From Auanema rhodensis (Eukaryota; Animalia; Nematoda): a stretch of DNA of 64,000 bases. Below are positions 26,002-39,548 of the stretch, piece by piece (within the stretch, counting starts at the first letter, position 1; every line of letters begins with the position of its first letter). The notes under the pieces were generated by a model, which saw only the letters and a list, made by a program, of their open reading frames with translations, did not search any database and was not told the origin of the DNA. Both the position numbers and the translations under genes were made by a program. The stretch lies in contig OZ059895.1 in assembly GCA_964057225.1 (NCBI GenBank), positions 16,120,001 to 16,184,000 of the forward strand, in the 5' to 3' direction.

Positions 26002-26897
26002 AAGAGACAGAGAGAGCAGGGCCTTGTCTGGGACTGAGACTAACTAAGCTTAGCTCAAGTTTAACATCACAATGACTATGGCCCAAGACAAACCTTATAT
26101 GAAAGCATGTATTTCATGTCTAATTTTGTTTCCTGTTGGCACTGATCGGCTACTAATCTCTTCATTCATTTCCATATGTCGTTGTCTGCAACGTCGATCG
26201 GATTCTGATTAGAAAGACGATGAATACACAACATCTCATCTCTAATCATTCATATTAACAGTAGATTTCTTTCATTTTCGTTTTAGATATTCAATGAGAA
26301 AAGTCTATTGTAGAGGGCTATTTGTTTGAAAAAAAAGGAAGAAGAGGAAGAAGAAGAAGAAGAAGAAAAGGAAGAAAAGCAATCAGATTTCATTTGAAAA
26401 GCATATTAGGCACCAGGCAGCATTTTGAGTAAGCTCTATGCAATCTGTTATAGCAGATAAGTCATTAGCAAAGGAGATTTGAGAAAAAATTCTGATTAAA
26501 ATTACAAAGATGAAGCATGGATTATATGAAAAATGAGTAAAATCGAGAAGACTTCAAAGCTAAAGGAGGAGGGGGGGGGGGGGGGGCGCTGACTGGCTGT
26601 CAAAAGCTGAGCTAACTTGACAATGGCTCAAGGTTGAAACTGACGAGTAGAAAACCAAAAATTAAACTACAAGGAATCCAGTGGGTAAGGCAATTTCATA
26701 AAACTTACAGCACAATAGGCTTCACCTCATCATGAAAGATCAATGGGGGGATAAGATGGGCCAACAATGGGCTTGGACGCAGCTCTCTAGTGTTAGTAGT
26801 AGCAGCAGTACTCAGACATCAAATTATCAGATACATACTGATAGTTATTCTGTTTTATTCAAGATAAACTAATATTCTCTTGGATTGTATTTCTCTC

Positions 26898-26946
<49 letters not shown>

Positions 26947-27833
26947 TTATTTTCAAAATGATGATCATCCAATAGAAATGTATTACAAGGAGTATAAATA
27001 CAACTATGTGCTTGTTGAAAGAAGAAACAAAGTTAATATATCTAATCAAACACATCTGGATATAACATATCTTAACGAGAATTATGCTAACTTTATCTTT
27101 TGAAAACCAAAGACGTAGTCGAATTCATGGAGAGTGAAGCCTAATTTGACTTTTGAACGGCTGGAAAGGAGAGATCACTGACATGGCAACAATGAAAATT
27201 CAAAAAGTTCAAGAAAGCTGTGATTACGAAGAGATAGGTTTTCAAGAAATTAAGTTCAAAGCTTTGAGTATGGAAGCAAGAAAGTGGTAAATGAGAAGAA
27301 GGTAATGGTTGAATCATGAAAATTATAAAATGATTGAAATTTGTTGAAATATGTTCGTTGTAGGCATTTAACTGTTAAACGCTCTACATTTTCCTCTAAA
27401 GCTCTCTTCTTATCTATTAAGTTTTCTCTCTCTCGCAAGTTCTCTCTCTCCCTTTGAAGCTCCTTCTCTCTCTATGATCTCTATGAGACGAGAAAGAGGG
27501 TAATACCATGTAATCGGTTCATTGGATATGGAGGAGCCATGAGTCCATTGAGGCTAACTGACGAAAGATAATAAGATATAGAGAGTAAGAAAGAGTGACA
27601 GAGAAAAATAACAAATGCTAACAAGGGTGAGTCTGAAGGAATGTGTGTATGTGCTTCTCCCGGCTTTCAACGCACTTTCGTCGTCCACAACCATCGCCCC
27701 CAGCAGCAACACCACCACCGCCAAGGCTTCCTAGCATGTCGGCATTCATTCTTTCAACCTCTCTATCTCTATCATCTCTCTCTCTCTCTTTTTTCTCTTT
27801 AGCCAGCATGGAAGCTTGAGAGTTGTGTTCCAT
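16526..27833 (-). CDS. C2H2 zinc-finger transcription factor (4 fingers, Ser/Thr-rich flanks)
   Basis: Firm exons 18008-18165, 17841-17912, 17273-17396, 17020-17129 and 16526-16954 give CQFCPKK..LENHMQDC / HECSHCGKRFKARGGLQQHMRIH / NERPYACTYCTKRFTQKSHVDQHERIH / TGSKPFNCQFCGRSFRQRSQQMGHEATH. Upstream exons 18299-18403, 18823-18917 and 19919-20016 join in frame. 24081-24167, 24738-24796 and 27623-27833 also join in phase but are less certain. Confidence 0.85.
19562..19616 (+). repeat. (TTG)n trinucleotide microsatellite, intronic
   Basis: About 18 TTG units with one interruption. Confidence 0.95.
26571..26586 (+). repeat. Poly-G tract (G16)
   Basis: 16 consecutive G. Other tracts: G14 at 24958-24971, G14 at 55779-55792, G12 at 57289-57300. 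Confidence 0.95.
26901..26943 (+). repeat. (CT)n microsatellite
   Basis: Pure CT run, opposite in orientation to most GA runs in this gene. Confidence 0.95.
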
Positions 27834-28405
27834 TTCTGTTATCTCTGAACTCTCACAGCTTACCAGTATCAGACATACGTTCTCACTTATTCAGTTTCCT
27901 TTCTTCCTTCAAGGTTCTTGGTTCTAGATTCCATTTTTGGTGCTTCTTTCCGTCTCTTCTCTCCTTCTCTCTCTGCCTCTTCTTTCTCTCTCTCTCTCTC
28001 TCCCTCTTCATCAACATTTATTCTAATTTAGATTCATAACCATAAACTGATGGAAATCTAAGCATCTCTGACCACCTTCAACGATTGGTACAATTTTCCG
28101 AAGTAATGCCAACGAGTCCAAATGAATTCTAAGAAATAAAGCAATTTTGAAGCTTTCTTCGTCTACGTATCACAATTCCAGACAAAATCCGATTGCATAA
28201 TGGATGTAGTATGACAAACAGATGAAATGGGTCAACGCTATCATTAGTTATCAGCCGATGAGATAAAGCTTATCTAGATCTCAGAGTACAATATTCAGAC
28301 CGAGACTACATTTCATCTCACAGAATTAGAAATAGTATATGATCTGTGATTTCAAACACACAGCGAAAATGAGACAAATATACGGGGATAAAGACAGACA
28401 GAGAG

Positions 28406-28436
<31 letters not shown>

Positions 28437-29672
28437 ATATGCTAGTTCAATGGGTGTACTGAATTGTCTGGGGACTGATAAAATGAACCAAAAAATGGAC
28501 ACGAAAGCCGTTGTAGACACTAAGAATTCTTACTACTTCGTAGCCTTGTAAGCACTTTCTGCTCATTCTCTCTGTGATTCATCAGTACTCTTCGTCCTCT
28601 TTTCATCTTATTTTGTATGGTAGAATAAGTTTTCAAGTTTTCAACTGTCTGCCCAACTTATCCGGCAATAGCATGTCAAGTTCGTTGGAGTTCATTGTTG
28701 CTGCAGACGGTCATCCTTCTTTTGCACTACTCTTCCTTCGAACACAAGAAAAAGTTTTACAAACCATAACGAATTTAACAAACATTAAAAGCAGTAGAAT
28801 AGTCCAGATACTATGCCTTTCCAAGAAGAAATCTTTGTGATTGCCTATTGTCTCATCTTCTCCATCAGTTCTCTGCTTGTTCTGACCCCTCCTCTTCCAA
28901 CCTTTCTACCTCTCACTAAGCATTCCCCTTAGGTTTTCTTCTACATCATCTTTCTCTTTTTATGGTTTCAGTCCAGCTAATGCTTGCCCCGTTCCGGCTT
29001 TAATGTCGTTCTCCTTGCACCACTTCCTCGCTACTACTCCCTACACCCTTCTATCTATCTCTCTATCTCTCTCTCTCTCTTTCTGTTTCTTATGTGCTCC
29101 CTCCATATTTCTCCGTTCATCAACGTAGTTAAAGAACTGGCCAGACAAAAAAATGAGAGACAGAGACACCAAGGCAAGATTCGTGAACGTTCAGCTCAAA
29201 GGGCCATGCACTCAGCTTACAAGTATTTCCTCTCCATCTCTTCCAGAAGCTATGGAAATGAGCTCAGGAGTGAAAATAGCTGGCTGGATGGTGAGAAACA
29301 GGATCTGATGCCAATGTGTATATACATAAATGTATGTATATAACTGCTTTCAAATAAGAATAAATAGGCGACAAATTAGTTGAAAAAAAAAACAGAAAAT
29401 GGAAAAGGAAAGAAGCAACGATCGCATTTTTGTTGAGAAAAAAATCTTTTTTTTTCTTCCGTTCACGTCAAAAAAAATGAATTGCGACACGTTGTGTGAC
29501 ATTTGCAATCCAGAGGAAAGCAAAAATATTAATGAGATTGATATAGGTAGAGCTGATTTCATTGTTAATGAGCAGTGACCAGGCCATCAGTTCGGGTTTA
29601 AGCTGTTGCTCAATGATGATAGTAATTATATAAAATATATGTATTTATATACATATCTATAAAGAGTATGTA

Positions 29673-29714
<42 letters not shown>

Positions 29715-29954
29715 TAAATCAGATCTACGCATATTTGGGATGTGATCTTTGCTGTTTCCTCAGTTTCCGCAAATATTATATATTATATGATATATACTGA
29801 TAGATAGCTTATATGTATAGTTATTAGATTTTAAAATTTCTTTTAACATCAGATTTCTACTCTGCTTCTTTTTACTTCTTTGGATTTTCTTTTTCTTCTT
29901 ACTTGATAGTTAAAGCTTTGTCATCAGACTTTGTATAAAAATGAGAGGGAGGTA

Positions 29955-30035
29955 TAGAGAGAGGTAGAGAGAGGTAGAGAGAGGTAGAGAGAGGTAGAGA
30001 GAGAGGTAGAGAGGTAGAGAGAGAGAGAGAGAGAG
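29955..30035 (+). repeat. 10-bp minisatellite (GAGGTAGAGA)n grading into (GA)n
   Basis: About 6 units visible directly. Confidence 0.9.
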
Positions 30036-33000
30036 GGGAGGGGGAAGAGTACGATTGAGCATACATTGAAAGGAAATTAAATTTTAAAACAAAAACGGCC
30101 ACAATGAAGTTGACACATAACAACTTGACTGAACATCATGAAAAGGTATCTACGTCAGGTTGAAAATGAAATAGGTAGAACGGCTGTCAGACGAAACCGA
30201 CGCCATCATCAGCGTGTATGTGTGTGTGTGTGTGTATGTAGTCAACCCATCCGATACATCCTGCCGTCCAGAAGAATAGCGAATGGATGGCATCAGACAA
30301 CCGGAGTCTTTAGCTGAATGAATAGAAGAACGAACCGATGAACGGATAGCCGAACGAACAGCTGAACGAATGGTAACGAACTATGAGACAAGGAAGAAAA
30401 GCGAAAGAAGTTTCTATTGAGATAATATAGGTAACGAATGCTTTGGAAAATAATGAAAATCTCCTACAACTATAGAGAGAGAGAAAGGTAGAGAGGGAGA
30501 GAGAGAAGAAAAAGGGAGAAAGAAGTGAGTGTGAGAGATAGAGAGAGATTAGATCTTAAGAGAAAGGATTGAATATGATCTCTGGCAATATTTGAGCACA
30601 TTGCTCCAAGTAACATTGAGATAGAGTTATGTGAATTTTATGAAATAAGACCCACAACTTTGACGTCTATGTGGCCAAACGATGATTATCAGTTTGAACA
30701 AAACCAATGACATCCGTCTGCAACATGTTAGTTGTGTGAAACCTTAATGAGTCTCTGTTATGTGTCTGCAATTTGCTCGACTCAAAGTGCACGTCATATT
30801 CTTTCACAACTCTGTTTCCTTTCTAGCTTGGTTTCACTAGCAAAGCTCTATCGCAACATCGATAACACTAGTAATAGTAGTAGCAGCAGTAGTAGCAGCA
30901 GCAGCAGCAACAGTAGTAGTAACAGCAAAAAAGGCAAAAGAAGATGATGTTGCAAACTGAAATGGATACTACGACGACGACGACGACGACAACGACACAT
31001 GGGTAGAACAGCAGAATAGTGCAACGTCGTCGAAGAATTTCCTTTTTCGTTCTTTTTTTTTCGTCGTTTGCGGCAATTCAGACGTGTATATGTGTGTGTC
31101 AATGAGCTATGCATGGAATACATGTGCAAAAGCTTCAATTTTGAGAGGAAGAAGAAGCAGAAAAAGCAAAACAAAATGAAATGCGTATATGGAAATCTCA
31201 ATTTTCCATATACGTATATATCATTATCATTTTAAAAATAATTTCTATAATTATATAGTACAATACATTAATTAATACCATATAGTGCATAATTTAAAAA
31301 TTAATAAAACCTTTAAACTCTTAATTTTGTTAGTGGGTTGTATGTATTTTGGAGAACAAAACGTATATAACAACCGTTCGACACGCAATTGCAATCAAAA
31401 ATAAAGTTCATTTGATTCATTTTCTATATATATATATTATATAATATGTAGATGTATATATAATATAATTGAAAGCGTTCTAACTTGTTTATATTTTCAA
31501 AAATGAAGAAATTCGTTACGAGACCACTTCACGTATTATATGCTAATTATATGTAACGTAAATATAAAAGCTTGCATTTGAATTTAGCATAATAATCTTT
31601 CATGTTTGAGTTTCATTATAATTTTAGCAAAGTTGTCATCATAATCGCAATTCGTTCCCCTTTTTTGCACATCTGATAGTAATTGAGAAGATTATTTGAG
31701 AAAACTGTAATGGCTATGTACATATAGGTAAGTTTCATTGAGACAATGTGCAATAGCAGATGATGAACTAAAGGTTCCATCTCAAAATAATCTGGCGATA
31801 AGAAAACAATAAGATAAATTGTTTGAATGCTCTGTGGGAGGCAGACTATCATTATCACTTGGCGACAAAAAAATGAATGAACTCGGAGTAGTGATGACAC
31901 TATCTGATCAGTGTATGGAGAGCACTATCTGTCTATATGAATAGAGTGATAATACAATAACTCTCTTAAGCATTTCTTCATAGTTCAAGAAGAAATATAA
32001 GGGAGAGAAGAAGAAAAAATTGACACCAAATATCAGTTGGCTAACATTTAACTGATAATAGTAATGAAGATACATATATACAGGCAATGCTGTTATAAAT
32101 TCGAATATTTCAATGAAAAGTGTCATCACCTTCCCGATAATGATCATAATGCTCATGTATTCACATGCTGCAGCTTCATGATTCAGTGCCAAACGACAAT
32201 AGAGCAGAAGCTTCAAACGAAAAGATCTGACGAGATGGATAGTGCAGAAAAAAAATTTTTTTTTGCTTTTTGTAACCGATATATGAATGTCGTCAGGTCA
32301 ATTCAATATTTAAGCATTCATGAAGTTGGTTGGAGGAAAAGAAGAAAAGAAAGTGTGCCAGAAGGGAGAACTGAAAATGGCAAAAAAAAAGTTTTTTTTG
32401 GATCTCTTTAAATGGTCTGACGCATGGAATGAATGACGGAGAAGAAGGAGAAGAAGAAGCTGAATGAGAAAGAAATATGATGTAAGAGGTCAGAATATCA
32501 ATGTACAAATAGATATATGAATATATATTATGGATAATGAGCATGACTAAACAGAAATAAAATTTAAAAAAAAAACAGAAAAACTAACTTGTGTGTATGG
32601 TGCTGAATAAAAGTTGGAATGGTGAAAATGAAATCCTTGATTTGATGGCATCATTCTGAAGAAGAACAGTCGGTTAATAGAGAATTTATAAGATGAATTT
32701 TGGTTAAAAGTACATTTATATGATACATGTATGCTTTCTTCCAGATTTATATAGATTAGACACATATCATATATCATGTCATCAAGATTCAAATCTTTTT
32801 TCTTCTTTTTCTCATTTTTTTTTGGTTGAAAATTTCGACTAAAAAGGTGGATGGCTTATGGGAAAAGTGAACGCATGTAGTGCAATATTGAACGCAGAAT
32901 GATACAGTTGTAGCAATCACTCCATAATTTAGTAAAAAAACTGATAAAACCATCAAATGAATATACGATAGAAGGAGGAGCGGGACATACTTTTAGATTT

Positions 33001-33534
33001 GGACCACCATGTGTGATTATCAAGAATAATGTCTTGTATTTTGTGTGTGTGTGAAGGCGCAGGGAAAGGCTGAACAAGAATGAGACCTCTAAAACGCGTA
33101 CACCAGACAGGAAGCTGATAATTTAAACACAAAAAAGGCTGTCTGATACATATAGATAGTAGATACAGAAAGAGAGAGACAGGGAGACAGAGAGAGAGAC
33201 AAAGAGGGAAAGACGTTATATAAGAACAGTAAAGATGACGAGAAAGACATTTTAAAATTTTTTGGAAGAAGAGAGAGGGATAGAGTGAGAGAGATAGAGA
33301 GAGAGAGGTTGGCTAGTCTAGAGGAGAGTAGGCAAGGGACCTGTTAATGGTTGCAGAGACCTAAAGAAGCGCCCCCCGAAAAGACGAGAAGAACAGTTTT
33401 ATCAAATGATAAGAACACAAAATTGACTGAATGTGAGCAAATTTATGCAACTTCAGTTTCTATAATACATTTCTCAAAATTGATTGAGAGAAAACTTAGG
33501 AATAGGAAATTGAGATTTTGAAAATTTGACGTAC

Positions 33535-33899
33535 TTTGCTTGATCATCAATTGAACTTATAGATGATACAACTGATGTAGATGTAGATGATGGTAGAAAC
33601 GTTGTAGTAAATGAAGAATTTTCGAGATGTTTTCTTGACAATGATGTAGATGTTGAAGGGGAAGAAGAAGAAGAAGAAGATGATGACAACGAGGACGATG
33701 GCAATGGCGTTAGTAGTGACGGTACGGCTGTTGCAGTCGTAGTTGTCGCCATCAACGAGCCTTGTAGACCAGAAAAGGTTCCTGATGGTAGGCTACTAGC
33801 GAAACCGTTGATTTTCTGTAACAAGCTAGGTGTATGTCGGTCAGCTTTGTTCTCAATGTTATGGGGCAGACACTTTTTTTGGAGAACAATTCTTCGCAA
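33535..33899 (-). CDS. Candidate distal alternative exon of the zinc-finger gene (Ser/Thr-rich)
   Basis: Open frame of about 120 codons ending at donor AA|GTACGT (phase 2), compatible with the phase-2 exon starting at 18917. The 5' boundary is unresolved. Confidence 0.4.
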
Positions 33900-35635
33900 A
33901 AACGTGGAAGTGACTGAGCATAGTAAAGTAAAATGACCTGATAATTCATATAATTGGCTATTGAAGCATCATATACTGAACTGAAACTTTGATTATTCAT
34001 GTATAATCGAGTTTCTAGTTTCGTGAACTACTGGAAATCCTGGTTAAAGCACATAGATATCCGACAACTCAGCTAGAAGCACATCAACCAGCTCAATGTC
34101 TGGATCTTTTCTAATAGTAAAAAAATGTCTCAAAACTTAACTAAGAAATTTTTGGCAAAAAAAAAACAACAAGTTTGATGAGTAGTACGTCTGATTGCAA
34201 TGTAAAAATTTAAAGACAACTGAAATATATGGTGAGAATCAGAGAAATATATAGAAAAAATGATTAGGAAACTAAAGAAAACATGTACAAAGAAACATAT
34301 ATATGGTTAACACTAACAGAATAGCGCAGTCGGACAAATGTCAATCTTGAACAGGCTGTTGGTCACAGCTTGGCACTATGGTTCCGGCTAATAGTTCCCT
34401 TTATAAGAACATCAACCACCCCGCAAGTTCAAATAGCTTAACTGACCATAAAAACCGACGTCTTGTCAATATTTCAGTAGACAAGAGGATAATTTCATGA
34501 ACCTATTGACACCAAAATTATAGTCTAGTTTGATATTTCCGCTGATAATCTAGACAAATCTCGCGCCAACTTCTAGAAATTCGCGAGCTCAAAGCCAATA
34601 GTTACTACTTGATACATCAATACGTCTGTATATCTGTCAATAACATAATAGAACATTGTATTGATTTGAAAGAAGAAAATAAAAGAAATATTAAAAGAAA
34701 ATGCTGAAGAGAAACGTCTTGAACGGGAAATACACACACCCACGTATGTATGCCCTGACATGTACATGGAAAAGGGTAAAACGAACGACGTTTCAAGAGT
34801 GATACTGTAGAATTCAAATGAGAAAATATAAATAGACAACATGTTATATTTGTAATCAGCAGAAGCATGATCAAACTACATACATAATTGGAAAATCCTC
34901 AATTATATTTCTAAATATAATATCATTTAAACGGAAAATGAAAAGCTAAAGCTGAATCTAATTCAACACGATTGATTGCTCTTGTCAAGTAATTATGAAA
35001 TTTTGTTGCATTATAGGGCCATATTCCGTGTTTTCCATGTTAAATATCGTTTTAGAAATGAGGAAATGTTGTTATATTATTTAATATTTTAATATATTAG
35101 ACTATACATATAATATGTATTTAGTATAATATATGTATTTAGATAAAGATTTAAAGATAGGCTTTTCAAGGGATATTTCTCATAACTCACTCAATTTTAA
35201 AAAATGACGTTTAAGCTGATTTGAGCAAATGTCCTAATAGTAATAGTAGTTTAGTCGTTTAAACTGCCAAGATAGAGCTCTTTTCAAACTAATCAGCTTT
35301 ATTCTTTTTCTTTTCATTTTTTTGAAAAGCTTATAATCAAATCTCGTTGTAGTATCAATGTTCTTGAGTCATTTTTGAACGCTTAGACGCGGTAAGCGGT
35401 TGTATCCACCTACTTTATTATCTCCAAATTTCAGGGAGCCTTAGTCAGTTAAGTGATAGGGTGTTAAATAAGGAAGTTATTTTTTATTGATTTTTTAATA
35501 CCTATATAACAACAATATTTTATAACAATCATTCGAAAAACCTAATATATGTAGATACATGATGCTGTTTTCAACATTTCATTTGGGATTCAAATAATCC
35601 CTCAATAATTAAAAGTAATTCTTAATTGATTAAAA

Positions 35636-37555
35636 CTATTCTGACTGAGAAGCAACGTCAAAGACGTGATCCGGCAATTGCTGAGCCTGTTTATGACGTC
35701 GTTCATAAGCTTTGCGCATTGATGGTTTAACTCTCTCATATAGACGTTCCTTATCTGCATTACGAGACTCTTTTTCAGCAAACGATTTGTAAGTTATCCA
35801 TTCTTCCAACGAAACTCTCGCAACCTAAAACTACTTCTCAGAACCAATTTTTGAATTAGTGGTGCGTACCTGAGTGGCAAAAATCGAGTCGGGTGTGTCC
35901 AAAATGCGCGATAAATCCGGATTCTCCTGTAAAAAAAACTATTGCTACACATAAATTTTGATCGAAACCATCTTGGTCTGTGGACGCTTAGCATCTGGAA
36001 CTGTGTACTTTCCACATTTCTGAAGAAATTCATGTCGTAGAATAATATCAGATAAATCCAACAGAGCCCATCTGGAGCTGGTGCAGAAATCGCTGCTCTC
36101 CATATGCATCTAAAAAGCCAAACAATTAGATTGAACGATTCACATACTGACCTGATAGAATATGTATTCATACTTTTCTTCTAGCTCACTCATGTTTTTC
36201 ATTATTATCTCTGGTGCATTCATGATAACATGAAATATCTGGAAAAAAGTTGTAGAACATTTTGAAATTGGATTATAACCTCTTTTCTGGAAAAAAAATC
36301 AGCCATCGATTCCACAAGTCGCTTCATAGCTTCTGGATCAGAAGCATATATGACAGGCGGACATCCTTTAACCTAGAATCCGAATGTTTTTATTATTTTT
36401 TTTGTGAAAAAAAGAGAGTACAAACCACTCTTTGTAGAGGTCTTCCCGAATTTACTCCACATGCTATGATAGCATCTAGGCGAGTTCTAACAGTTGCAGG
36501 ATCACAATTGAGAATATCATCTCCACAACTGAGAAAGATAAAAATAAAGATCAAAGCATTATCAAATATGAGAAAATTTGGACGTTGATTCTCCGAACGT
36601 TCAACGAGACGGAAACAAAGTTGAAGATGCTATCATTATACAGGTTTGAATACTTTGTGTAACAATTCACTCCAAAAAGAAAAGTTTCGCTTACAATCAA
36701 TAGGTTCCACTAATAAAAATAAGGAAATGAGTCCTATAGTTTATTTCAAAAAACATTTCCTTGTTTTTTGGTTGAGTCGATGAAATATTTGCATGACAAA
36801 CCTGTAGAAAACTCGTAGTGAATCTTCATAGGTGAGAAGACATTCCGAAATCAACATATCGAGAATCTGTAAAATGGCTTGTGAAACTGATGTTTCAAAC
36901 AACATGTTGAGGAACCTCTAAGCTTTTTTCACCCTGCACCGTCAAGGCCTTCAGAAGAATGACAGATTGGCTGCACGCGCTAATGACAAACTGCGGAGCG
37001 ACTCCTGCAATGAACAGTAGAAGGGGAAAAAAAACTTCGCGGTGATACCTTTATTTATTAAAAATTCGATAGTCTTAAGCATATCATTAATCAAATCATC
37101 GTTTTTGGGAAGAATCATACTACTTCCCGAATTTTTCTCCAAATCGCTAATAATTCGTTCAAGCATTGCTTTTCCCGGAACTAATTCTTCTGGAGTGTAA
37201 TTTACTTCTGGTGCACTTTCTACTCTGGAAGGCGAATCTCTCAAAACTCAATCATTAGCTAATGTCCCTACTGTTCCTTCACAGGATTGTAAGATTTTTC
37301 TCGATCACTCTTAATTTTTCTGAATTTTCTAAAGTCGGTCCTTCGCCTGGGTGATTCCTTATTACTAAATTGCCGAAAACCGGTAAAGATAATTGGTCTC
37401 ACTATCTGGAACAGCCATCAGTTGGTAACTCTTTCATTGTAAATCTACAACAAAAAACTTACGCTATTAGATGAAACAACTGAAAATTGTGAAGTCAATG
37501 CTCCTAATCTACATGCCGAAAGCATTCGAACAGCATTAGGCAGAAGATGTGACAT
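35636..37555 (-). CDS. mter-4: Mitochondrial transcription termination factor 4 (MTERF4)
   Basis: The N-terminus MSHLLPNAVRMLSACRLGALTSQFS resembles a mitochondrial presequence. C-terminal exons LEEKYEYIFYQM...IILRHEFLQKCGKYTVPDAKRPQTKMENPDLSRILDT...VARVSLEEWITYK match the remembered MTERF4 signature (KFQY..RH.YL..LGRY.TPD.K...NP.L.DIL). Confidence 0.85.
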
Positions 37556-37881
37556 CTACACAAAATATAGAAGGAGAATCATTGATGGCTATTGATGAGA
37601 TGCATCACGAAGAAAGTATTTAAAGGTTTGCAGGTCCTACATACAAAACAAGGGAAATTTAGAAAAGTTTATGAAAATGCATTACAAATATTCACAACCA
37701 TATATAAAATGACTAAAAACCGACATTATGCAATATATTAATCAGATCATTAAATACGAACCGAATTATGCGAATATTATGCCGGCCTGGGCAAGACTTA
37801 TTCTTGAGATACAACAGAGAAATTACTTATTATGGCAAAAACGGAAATTATACGCATGAATAGTGTGAAATTTAAAACAAG

Positions 37882-39548
37882 CTACTTCATTCTTAATTGA
37901 TATTCACCATTTTGAGTAATATAACGTACCCAGGGTAAAGCTTGGTATCCGGTTTTCTCTATGATTTTCAAATAGCGAACCTTAAAATTTTTTTATTAAT
38001 GGAGGAAAGGCTATTCAAAACGGTACCTGTATTCCAGAAGTTGTGAAGTAGGGAATTTCAAACTTAACTTTGATAGGAGGTCGTCCTTCTGCCTCTTCAG
38101 AAATTACGGAAGGCAGAGAGAAACGAGCACTCAACAAATATTCTTTACCTCCTAGAAGAATATGAATAAATAAGAGAAATAACAACAAATTGTCTACCTG
38201 GGAAGCTTTTAATTGTCCAAATAAAGGCGCTCTTTTCAGGAGTATACTTCACTGCTCCAATGCTGGTTTTGAATTTCGGAGAATCAGCATCAGAAGGAAC
38301 AGGGATTATAATCTCCACGTTGTTAGCAGTAGAACGACGTTTAAATTGGGATTTAGCTTTAATCATGAATTCAACACGAGAATGACTATGTCTTTCTACA
38401 TGAGTATCGATCCAAATTAAAGGTTTAACTACCGTGGTTAGCCTAAAATAAGATATTTGAGACAAAAGTGAAGATATACAACTAACCTATAACTCATCAA
38501 CTCGAAAGAACCGTCCGGGGGAATAAAAGAAATTGTTCGATCATTATCAAATCGGGACAAACGAACACATTGATGGAATTTCACATCTTCCAACTCAACA
38601 GATTTGCTTTTTCCTCCTACAAAGGCAAAATTATTAAAAGGTAAATGAACTAAAACTTTCTACTTCCACTTCCTTCAAACAATACTTTATCGTTGAGCCC
38701 GAGACGGAGCTCAGGCATTCCAGTGAGATATACTCTCATCTTAACACTTCCGCAAATTTCACTTTGAAGAACAGATCCATTTGCATTCGCCTGAACATTT
38801 CAATAGAAACAAATATATATTTAAGACTTACCAGCATATTGACACTTTCAACAACATCAAGGAAAACTTCATTCTTACGATACTTGATTCCTTCGGATCG
38901 CCATGAAACAGCATTAGTTACAGCCATAGGCGGTCGAGGAGCAGCTTCTAACTTGAAGCCTTCTTGAGTAATATACCTAAGAAGGAAAGTAAAACAGATG
39001 TAACGGCTATAAACTCACTCTTGAAGAATCCGACTCTCAGTGGTTTGGGGAAAACCAAAGTCCATCATTTCATCCAAAAGCTCATAAATAATGACAAAAT
39101 TATCGCGGATGGATTCCTCCTCAACATCTTTGAAGTATTCAGTGAATACTTCAACGCATTTATACAGGAAAGTTAAAACAAGGGAGACATTCACGTTTTT
39201 CTGGCTTATAGAAACAACTGAATTAAAAAAAATTAAACATTAAATAAAGTTTGAACTTACGGTAAACGTTATTTTGTTTAATAAAAACAAATGTTGAATC
39301 TTGATGAGTTATTACTGGAGACATTTGTCCATCCTTAATTTTTTAATTAATGAATGTATTAGATTAAATTAAACTGACTTCTTCCATATCCATCAACAGT
39401 GGCATAAATTTATCGATTACGCTCATGTCCACATCTCCACGATAGTTTCGAGCAATAACCGTCTTAAATTCACGAAATTATAAACAAAAAAGGAGCGCAA
39501 ACTCACTTTGCCTTTGAGATCCAGGATAAATATGGCTGAAGACGACAT
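37882..39548 (-). CDS. unc-101: Clathrin adaptor AP-1 mu1 subunit (10 exons)
   Basis: [24 protein letters not shown]...[20 protein letters not shown]...[27 protein letters not shown]...[11 protein letters not shown]...[36 protein letters not shown]. From memory the residues fit UNC-101 better than APM-1. Confidence 0.95.

Noticed and set aside
27853-27866. 14-mer TCACAGCTTACCAG repeated at 55105-55118
   Set aside because: A few exact 14-mer matches are expected by chance in 64 kb, and the flanks do not align.
15250-31201. Many ORF-track entries with SLSLSL, ERERER, poly-L or poly-S
   Set aside because: These are translations of GA/TC and trinucleotide microsatellites.
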